Shown one piece after another: positions 1 to 64,000 of a stretch of DNA of 64,000 nt. This stretch comes from the human T2T-CHM13v2.0 reference genome, Homo sapiens, in NCBI RefSeq assembly GCF_009914755.1, contig NC_060941.1. One strand, given 5' to 3'. Under the pieces are notes generated by a model. The model was not told the DNA's origin and did not search any database. It saw only the letters and a program-made list of their open reading frames with translations. A program made the position numbers and the translations under genes. Each line of letters opens with the position of its first letter. Positions within the stretch are counted from its first letter, which is position 1.

Positions 1-174
1 TGAATGACAGTGACAGGGGCTGGGACTCTGTAGGCACCTCTGTTAAGTCGATGAAGGGAAGCACAATACATAAAGGCAGCCTAACGGGGCAAGGAAGCAG
101 GTGACTCCTTAGAGAAAGCAGTGATTCAAAACAAAGTTTATACTCAAGGCTTTGTGGCAGATGCTGAAAAAAAA

Positions 175-370
175 ATAGTTGCTAGGCAACGAAGTTATTG
201 TTGTTTAATGGGTTCAGCGTTTCAGTTTTACAAAATGCAGAGAGTTCTGGAGATGGACTGTTGGTGATGGTTGTACGTTATGAATGCATTTAATTACCAC
301 TGAACCATACACTTAAAAATGGTTAAGGTTTTATGTTTAACGTTTTTTACCACAATAAAGTTTTTATGAA
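175..370 (+). mobile_element. Old L1 (L1MB-like) 3' end fragment
   Basis: gagttctggagatggac...ggtgatggttgtac...cacttaaaaatggttaag motif typical of L1M 3'UTRs. Confidence 0.65.
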
Positions 371-1560
371 GAGGTAATACTTAATTAACTATCAAAGCTT
401 ATAGCTGCAAGTATCAGATATTTAGAAACTGCAGAGATCTCTGTGGGCTAGGATGGTGCAGGCATATGCTTTTCAGAAATGGTAAGCTATGAGCTGGACC
501 TTGAAAAACAGATGGGGTTTGGACAGGTGAAGAGGGGCAGGAAAGATTACCCAAGTGTGCGGAGGGAGGGGAATGAGAACAGTGTAACACACGGGGTGGG
601 AAAGGCATTACTGAGATGCCAGTAAGTGGAACAGCTTGAGGCAGAGGACTCAGAAGGATGCAGTGAAGTACAAGGCTGGGAACAGACTAAGGAAGGCTTG
701 TACACCAGCTCAAGTCTGAACTGAGAGGCCAGTGGTCTCTAAGTAGGGCGCATAAAACCCAGGGAGTCTGGGTATGAAACGAAAATTAGAATTTCTATTT
801 CTATTTATCTCATTCAAAAAAGCCCTTATTTTAATGCAGTTTATATATGACAAATTAGTCAAATAATAAGCTATATAATTCATAAATAAATGCATCAGTG
901 GTGCAGGCTCAATGCTGCCTATGGGGTTTATCAGCATAAAAGTTTGGAGGCCATTGCTCAATCCCTAGAGGAAATCACTGGGCTTTTTAAAATTAGACAG
1001 GGAAACTAGATTTAGAAAGATTCCATTTGTACTTTGCGAAAGAAAGGCCTGGAGAAGGGAACCGAGACCAAGCCAGAAGAAGCAATTAGGAGACCTTTGC
1101 GGTTGCCTAGGCACACGAGAAAAGGCTAATAGAAACAGGTGAAGCAACAATAGGCAAGAGGCCCTGCAAAGGGAGAAGAAGGTGGGTTTGGTGACAGGGA
1201 CAAAAGAGACAAATAGATCTGAGGTTTTCAGCCTAGATGCCTGAATCAACCACAGGGATAGTGTTTTCAGAAAAGGGAGGCACTGGAGAAGTCCACCTGG
1301 AGACAGAATTGGAGGCCACAGGCTTCACAGGCCATATAGGAAACCATTAGGAGGAACAGGGGAGGGAGAAATTAATTTCTCAATGTGATGGAGCCCAGAG
1401 GCCCTTGTTTGCTCCCTTACGACCTCACCTCAAAAAAACAAAAACGAAACAGTGGCCAAGCGAGCAGTGCACTCAGAGCACTGGGGTCCACCTGAGAAGG
1501 GGACACAGGCTGACCTGGACCCGCCCAGAGCAAGAACCAGGGCTCGGCTGAGGGTCCTAC

Positions 1561-23623
<22,063 letters not shown>

Positions 23624-24425
23624 CTTGCCCCTGCGCCGCAGAGCAAGACGGGATAGGGGAGGCGGGACGACCTGGGCGGGTGAGAGCTGGACCTGCCTGG
23701 CCGGGCTGATGGGATAGCGGCGGACTCCGCCGCCGTCGGCCCTTGCTGCAGCAGGGCGCCATGTGCTGGAGCGCGCCTGCGCGAGGGATCCTGTCATCCC
23801 GGGTCCGGAATTGTGGCTGGCTAGGTGGGGACTTGAGGCCGCAGTGAGACCGTGGCTGCTGAGATCTCAGGGGGCAGTCCCACCTCCCACCCACTAAGGG
23901 CGGAGAACCGGAGGTGGACCCCAGGTCCTGCATCCTGGACTGGGGATCTGGTTCACGTCCTGCCCAGCAGAAAGCAGGAGACCAAAGATACTGGATTTCG
24001 GGGTGTCTGCATCCCCAGGGACTCAAGAGATGGGGTCCTCCCTACCGGAACGGGACACCCCGTCCGTAAGGGACCCGCCTCTGCCTGCCCTTTCCTCTGA
24101 GGCTGGCCGTAAGAACGCCAAGCCGGAGGAAGCGCTGCGCAGTCAGCAGACGGTGTCCTAACGGGGTGACTTTCTCAGACCGCTTGGGGCCGTGGACCAC
24201 TGCACTTTGGGGCCGTCAGTCCAAAGAGGGAGAAGTGTTGAGACATGGGAAAATATGAATTTTTGCTTTGCACCTTCTAGAGTCTGAGACCTGGGATTCC
24301 AATCCCCGCTCCGTCATTAGCGGCAGGGACATGTTGGGCACGTAACTTAATCTCCCTGTAAATCTGTTCCTTCATCTATGAAATGGGGATAACCAATTTA
24401 AGTGGTTGTTAGGAAGATTAAATGA

Positions 24426-28883
<4,458 letters not shown>

Positions 28884-29448
28884 TCATCCGCCTCCGCCCC
28901 GCGTTTCCTCCCCCCGATCTCCCAGGGGTCCTCTTTTGAGGGCACCCCAGCCCCTCGACGGTCCCGGGATATCCTGCACCCCTGCCAGGCTGCAGGGAAG
29001 CGCCGAGGCGCGCGGAGTGCGAGGTCCGTGCTCCCTGCGGCGCGGCGCACACGCAGGGTCCGGGGTCGACCCCTCCACCGCTCCGGCGTCTGCCGGGGAA
29101 GTCAGTCCGCCTGGTCAGCCCAGAACCCCCGACTGCGGGGGCTGGAGCTCGGAAGCAGGTACAAGCGCCACTCTCCGCCTGCGCCGTGGAATGCGCGCCG
29201 GGACCACTCCGCAGCCCTTCCCCCAGCGCCGCCGGCCGCTGCTGGGGACAACCTCGCCCTCCTGTCTCTTGCTCCTCCTCCTGACCCCAGCGCACCCCCA
29301 TCCCCGCCCCAGATGAGGCAAGGCTCCCTCCGCCTTCAGCCCGGCAGAGTCGCACTAGGAGTTGCAGCGGCCGCAGCCCCGGGAGCTTCCCGCTCGCGGA
29401 GACCCAGACGGCTGCAGGAGCCCGGGCAGCCTCGGGGTCAGCGGCACC

Positions 29449-29816
29449 ATGAACGTCTCGGGCTGCCCAGGGGCCGGGAACGCGAGCCAGGCGGGCGGCG
29501 GGGGAGGCTGGCACCCCGAGGCGGTCATCGTGCCCCTGCTCTTCGCGCTCATCTTCCTCGTGGGCACCGTGGGCAACACGCTGGTGCTGGCGGTGCTGCT
29601 GCGCGGCGGCCAGGCGGTCAGCACTACCAACCTGTTCATCCTTAACCTGGGCGTGGCCGACCTGTGTTTCATCCTGTGCTGCGTGCCCTTCCAGGCCACC
29701 ATCTACACCCTGGACGGCTGGGTGTTCGGCTCGCTGCTGTGCAAGGCGGTGCACTTCCTCATCTTCCTCACCATGCACGCCAGCAGCTTCACGCTGGCCG
29801 CCGTCTCCCTGGACAG
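29449..29816 (+). CDS. GALR2: GALR2 exon 1 coding part (TM1-TM3)
   Basis: caccATG; ends GAC AG|gtgagc. Confidence 0.97.
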
Positions 29817-31996
29817 GTGAGCCAGCGCCTTGGCCTCCCTGGGAGATGGGCATCCACGCGGGGGATGGAGCGGGAGGCGGGACTGGGGACCAAGAAGGGA
29901 CGCGCAGAGTGGGACAGGACACTAAGAAGGCAGTGGAAGACAAGCGGGCGCGGAGGAGGAAAAAGAGGAATAAGAATGGGGGACCGTGGTGTCCCTCGGT
30001 TAGATGCGTCCTGGGGCCTGGAAGCCTGGAGAATGTGGCTCTCCAGCGCCGCCCGTGCCTGACAACGCGCAGCGTTTCCCAGTACGACGCGTTTGTGCGC
30101 GTTCATCTCGCTTGAGCTTAATGCCCTCCGTGAGGGTGGGATAGGACAAAGTGCCCAATATACAGAAGAGTTGAGTTCCTAAGTAACTCGCTCAGAGTCG
30201 CCAGCCAGGGATCGGGTGCGTGAAGTGACCGTCTGTCTCCTGCAGCCAACTTCAGGCGCCTCCACTGCGCTCGCCTCCAAGCCACGGTTTGGTTGGTTGG
30301 TGCAGCTGGCTCAGGTCCAGGCTGTGGATCTTGGGTCCTTTGCAAGGATCCACTCCGGAGTCCCAGCGAGCGTGCCTAAAGGTCCCTAGCTCAGTCCCAG
30401 CCCACTCTGCCTCTCGCCTCCAAACAAAACAAAACAAAATAAAATCCAAAACAAGTCGGGGCCGGGAGAGGAGCGTGCCCTGGGGTTCTTCCTCCCCAGC
30501 CAGAGGAGAGCGAGAGACGCACATTCGGGAGAGCGCGGGACTCAGGTGGAGCTTGAAAGGACACTGGGATGGTTCCTGGGGAGGAAATCCGGGTATTTCC
30601 CCTCTCCATCCTCTGGAAAAACAGAGAGGCGAGGCCAGACTGCCCCCACACCTCCTGTAGCCACTGAGCGCGAAGTGCGTTGGTTCCGAGCGCGCTGGTG
30701 GGATCCACAAAGCTCGCATTCTCTCAGGAATCCCCTGAGAAATTAACTGTCCCTTGCCCAACATGTCTTCTCCAGGCTGTCTGCTAGAGCCTCAGGCGCC
30801 TCCGCCCTCCCTCCCGCGGCACCGTCACCAGTGGGTAGTCACAGCCTCCCGGAGCCCATAGCCGGTTCTCCAACCTTTAGTCTTCAGTGGCTTTGGGGTG
30901 CCCTCTCAGTGGAGACTGTGGTTGCAGTCCCCGGGGGCAGCGGGAGAATGGCTTGAAGGCACACCTTTCCTGCTGCCGGGCCCGCCCCATTTCCAGGCTC
31001 CGCTGAGTGTCTGGGACACGCTGGGAGGCCCCCACCTCCGCCCTCACGCCGAGCCTCACCCCCACCTCCTCTGTGTGCGGTGTAACCATGCGCTAAGGAC
31101 CTTCCTCGAGAGCAGCCTTGGGACCGAGGTGCAGGGGTCGCGGCCCTCCAGCATGAATGTGCCCGCTCAGCCGACGTCTCCCTTCCCGGTCTGACCGCAG
31201 GTATCTGGCCATCCGCTACCCGCTGCACTCCCGCGAGCTGCGCACGCCTCGAAACGCGCTGGCAGCCATCGGGCTCATCTGGGGGCTGTCGCTGCTCTTC
31301 TCCGGGCCCTACCTGAGCTACTACCGCCAGTCGCAGCTGGCCAACCTGACCGTGTGCCATCCCGCGTGGAGCGCCCCTCGCCGCCGCGCCATGGACATCT
31401 GCACCTTCGTCTTCAGCTACCTGCTTCCTGTGCTGGTTCTCGGCCTGACCTACGCGCGCACCTTGCGCTACCTCTGGCGCGCCGTCGACCCGGTGGCCGC
31501 GGGCTCGGGTGCCCGGCGCGCCAAGCGCAAGGTGACACGCATGATCCTCATCGTGGCCGCGCTCTTCTGCCTCTGCTGGATGCCCCACCACGCGCTCATC
31601 CTCTGCGTGTGGTTCGGCCAGTTCCCGCTCACGCGCGCCACTTATGCGCTTCGCATCCTCTCGCACCTGGTCTCCTACGCCAACTCCTGCGTCAACCCCA
31701 TCGTTTACGCGCTGGTCTCCAAGCACTTCCGCAAAGGCTTCCGCACGATCTGCGCGGGCCTGCTGGGCCGTGCCCCAGGCCGAGCCTCGGGCCGTGTGTG
31801 CGCTGCCGCGCGGGGCACCCACAGTGGCAGCGTGTTGGAGCGCGAGTCCAGCGACCTGTTGCACATGAGCGAGGCGGCGGGGGCCCTTCGTCCCTGCCCC
31901 GGCGCTTCCCAGCCATGCATCCTCGAGCCCTGTCCTGGCCCGTCCTGGCAGGGCCCAAAGGCAGGCGACAGCATCCTGACGGTTGATGTGGCCTGA
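29449..31996 (+). CDS. GALR2: Galanin receptor type 2 (class A GPCR, 387 aa)
   Basis: Exons 29449-29816 and 31201-31996 = 1164 nt; [14 protein letters not shown]...; GN, LxxAD, DRY (split by the intron), CWxP and NPxxY motifs; ends ILTVDVA*. Confidence 0.99.
31201..31996 (+). CDS. GALR2: GALR2 exon 2 coding part (TM4-TM7, C-tail)
   Basis: ccgcag|G TAT CTG; TGA at 31994-31996. Confidence 0.97.
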
Positions 31997-32073
31997 AAGC
32001 ACTTAGCGGGCGCGCTGGGATGTCACAGAGTTGGAGTCATTGTTGGGGGACCGTGGGGAGAGCTTTGCCTGTT

Positions 32074-32079
32074 AATAAA
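32074..32079 (+). terminator. GALR2 polyadenylation signal AATAAA
   Basis: AATAAA 77 nt after the stop, followed by CA dinucleotides and a GU/U-rich element. Confidence 0.8.
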
Positions 32080-32531
32080 ACGCACAAACCATTTCACACA
32101 CAGTGACAGCGCTGTTTCGCGTTTCTCATTGTCTTGAGATTCTGGGAGGAAGCCTCTGGGGCTTCACAGAGGGGCTCCCTAGGGGTAAGTGCAGGACCCT
32201 TTGCAGAGCTACCAGGAAAGAGGGCTGATCACACCTCAGGCAGCCGGGTTACAATCCGCATAAAAATCTGAGTCTGGGGAGCGTGCGACAGAGGCAGGCA
32301 GATTGTTTAAGGCGTTCGATAAAGTCGGTTGATGACAGACACAGATGTGTGTTCCCAGCCGCATTTGTGCTCTGGTGTGTGACAGGTCTGTCCTTGCCTG
32401 CTTTCAGCTCCCAGGGCCCCTTTGAGTCTGGGCAGCCCAGTCAGTCCCCGTCCATTTTTGGCCTTAGCTTTTCCTTCCCTGGCTACATCTGGGCCAGGAT
32501 CAAGTCTCCAGCAGCTGTTTCACTCCCCGGC

Positions 32532-32551
32532 GGGGGGGGGGGGGGGGGGGG
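32532..32551 (+). repeat. G20 homopolymer
   Basis: 20 consecutive G. Confidence 0.95.
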
Positions 32552-32660
32552 CAGGAAAGTCTTTCCCTGGCAGGTTGGGCTCCAGGTGCACAGCACTGCT
32601 GGGCTGGCGCAAGCTGAGAATCCACTTCAGGACAAGAATGTCCCAGGGCTTTGCTCATGA

Positions 32661-33337
<677 letters not shown>

Positions 33338-33835
33338 GGTTCTTGAGCCAAGGCTCTTTACACAAAATCACTTCAGTGTTTAAGGAGAGCAAGGAGACTC
33401 TCAAGGCTGTCCCCATCTCACATCGTTAAGCACAGAACACTCTGCCCAAAGGTTTGGGTCTTAGGTAGGCTGGTGTCAGCCACCGAAATGCAGGGGACAC
33501 TCGTGGGCCCTGATTGGAAGTACAAAGTCAGGGAGAGGTAGAGGTCCTACACCTGCCAGGTCCCCCTGGGCAGGCATTGAGCGTCTCAACGGGTTCCAGG
33601 TGGTGGAAATGGAGCGGGACAGGGACACCAAGGCAGGTGCAGTGTGGGCGGGGCTGGGTCCTGGGCTTTATCTTTGAGCGTTTGCGGAACTGGGGCAGGG
33701 GCTGCCAAGTGCACGGCCCCAAAGTCCTTGCCCAGAGCAGCTGCCTCTGGCTAATTGCTCAGCTGCCAGAGAAGTGACTGGAATAGAGGTTGTAGCTTAG
33801 GCACCGCTGCTCCCTCCAGTCCCTCCGTGCAGCCG

Positions 33836-37223
<3,388 letters not shown>

Positions 37224-37354
37224 AGGGGCAGGGCCTGGGCTGCACACCTTAGGATGAAGTTTGCTTTCCCATGGCTGGGGGCGGGCCATGACAGGGCCTC
37301 TGGATTAAGCCACCCTGAGCTCTCCCTCCGCTAGCACACAAGCACAGAGCGTGA

Positions 37355-37360
37355 AATAAA
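37355..37360 (+). terminator. ZACN polyadenylation signal AATAAA
   Basis: AATAAA ~130 nt after the stop. Confidence 0.8.
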
Positions 37361-38217
37361 CCCATCTCCAGTGCAAGTGTGCCTCAAGGGTCAGTCTTCA
37401 ATCTCGTCCTAAATAGGTGGGGCCCTATTTTTTGCTTCCAACCCCCATTTTGCTCCTTAACTTTTCCCCATTGTCCCTGTCTCCCAGCCCACAGGCAGGC
37501 AGCCTAATTGCTCCTTCTGCAACCACGACTGCCTGGCCCTGGGCCAAGAGGCACTGAGGCTGGGGACCAGAGACAGGGGCCTGAGGAAGGCTGTAGAGGG
37601 TGGGGCGGAACTCCTCCTCCGAACGCCTCCTGCAGTGTGCTGGACTCTAGGGAAAATGGCCAGTGAGCCTGCCTCCCCCAGCCACCTAGGGGACTCCTGG
37701 GAGGGAAAGGTCCCAGACCTCAGGCCTGTGGGCGGGCGGGAATGTGTTTTAAGAGAGGGGGTCAGTCCCGACTGCCTTTCCTCCAGGAGCTCTGGCTGCT
37801 TCTCTGAGCCCTGCCACATCTCTGGGCTGTAGGGGAGTTCTCTGTCCCCACCTCTGACCTAGGCTGGAGGGAGGGCCCTTCTGCCCTGCTGCTCTTGGTA
37901 CACATGGAGCAGCAGTGGGCACAGGCCTCTGTCTTCCTTCTCTCTTTTCCTGTTTCAGAAGCCATCAGGGTCATAAAAGCCAAGGTGTGGAGGGACCCCA
38001 GGCTTCCGGGAGAGTGCTGGTTCGGCTGGGAACACGGGCTGTGGGGAAAAAGCAGGAGCCAGGACTAGGGGGCTCAGGGACACAGCTCCCGGAGGCGTGG
38101 AGACAGGTCTCTGTCCCAGAGGACTTCAAGCTCACCCAGCCCAGAGGCAAGCTAACACTGGTTTATCTGTCCAATGACACGCCAGTCTGGTGGAACCAGG
38201 CAGGGCTAGCAGCAGGC

Positions 38218-58253
<20,036 letters not shown>

Positions 58254-59122
58254 CGCTCTGAACCCCGCGGCTCCCACTCCCCAGTATCTTTCCTCCGCGG
58301 GCCCACCGGGCCCCCGTCCCCGTCACACCCACTTCCGCTCTTGGTCCCGCCCCGGGACGCCTGGGCGGAGCCATGTTGGGAATCGCAGGCTGAAGTGCGC
58401 CTGCGCGGAGCCCAAGAACGGACCGACGGCCATTTTGAGCGTGGCTGGGAAGAGAAGTGTATTCGGATGCTGCAAGGGACCTCGACGCGGGTTCCTTGCC
58501 TCAGCAGAGGTTTTCGATCGGCCTTATGTCCCGCGGCTGGCAGGACACTTAGAGCTCACTTGCTGTTTTCGTTGAAAGACCGACCCTTTTGATAAAGACT
58601 GCTGGGGAAGGCGACGAATTCCTTTCCCCAGGTCGCATTCTATGGGCAGGCACCAAGGCCAATTGCGTTTCCCACAAAGCCCCGCACGGAGCAGGTGACA
58701 CAGTAGATGCCTAACGTGTGTCCATGTAATGAACCAGGGGCTTGTGTACTTGTTTCCGCCTTCCACCCTGCATTACGCAAAAACGTATCCTGTGGGCTGG
58801 CGGGGCTGCTCCGGAGCTCCAGGCCCAGACCCAGCGTCCAACTGCAGCTCCAGGGGACGGGGTGGGGGGCGCCCCTGGATCAACTTCCCTGCGGGGCTGG
58901 ATGTTGTGGTTGCAGACCCAGCTCCTGCAAAACCTCGAGTTACTCCTTCCTCTAACCCGTCCCTGCCCACCCTGCCTCTGGCCCCCAGCCTTGAGAAAGG
59001 ACAAGGCCGACCAGCTTGGTTCAGTCCTTCTGTGGCCTCAGTGTCCAGACACCCGGAAGATAGACAAGGAGGCATGTGCTGGTAGATGAGAAGGTTTGGG
59101 GCGGGCAGGGGGGACACCAAGC

Positions 59123-64000
<4,878 letters not shown>

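Noticed and set aside
23624-23797. In-frame ATG 58 codons upstream of the SRP68 start
   Set aside because: Lies in the promoter-motif zone, probably upstream of the main TSS; weak context; open frame explained by high GC
29313-29645. Out-of-frame upstream ATG overlapping the GALR2 start
   Set aside because: The TSS cannot be placed from sequence; likely outside the mRNA
30884-32002. 372-aa minus-strand ORF over GALR2 exon 2 (and 210-aa alternative plus frame 31354-31986)
   Set aside because: Expected by-products of GC3-rich codon usage lacking stops; no independent evidence

Overview
Human (or very human-like) genomic DNA, recognisable as the 17q25.1 SRP68-GALR2-ZACN-EXOC7 locus. The minus strand carries SRP68 exons 1-9 (first 359 codons; the gene continues off the left edge) and the complete EXOC7/Exo70 gene (20 coding exons, 735 aa), with the tailed mirtron MIR6868 at the end of intron 4. 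The plus strand carries GALR2 (2 exons, 387-aa GPCR) and ZACN (9 exons, 412-aa zinc-activated Cys-loop channel, Thr152 allele). I reconstructed all exon boundaries by hand; they are GT-AG and phase-consistent. The rest is Alu-dense, with L1, L2, MIR and MER fragments, and most short ORFs in the supplied track are Alu or antisense artefacts. I see no wholly new gene system. Best leads: (1) a ~3.43-kb segment between two direct Alus upstream of GALR2 that may be absent from the standard reference; (2) 12-nt and 39-nt frame-preserving EXOC7 microexons within a combinatorial phase-1 cassette array; (3) the EXOC7 3'UTR running antisense over ZACN exons 6-9; (4) a candidate Alu+LTR 3'-transduction; (5) a candidate internal SRP68 promoter.
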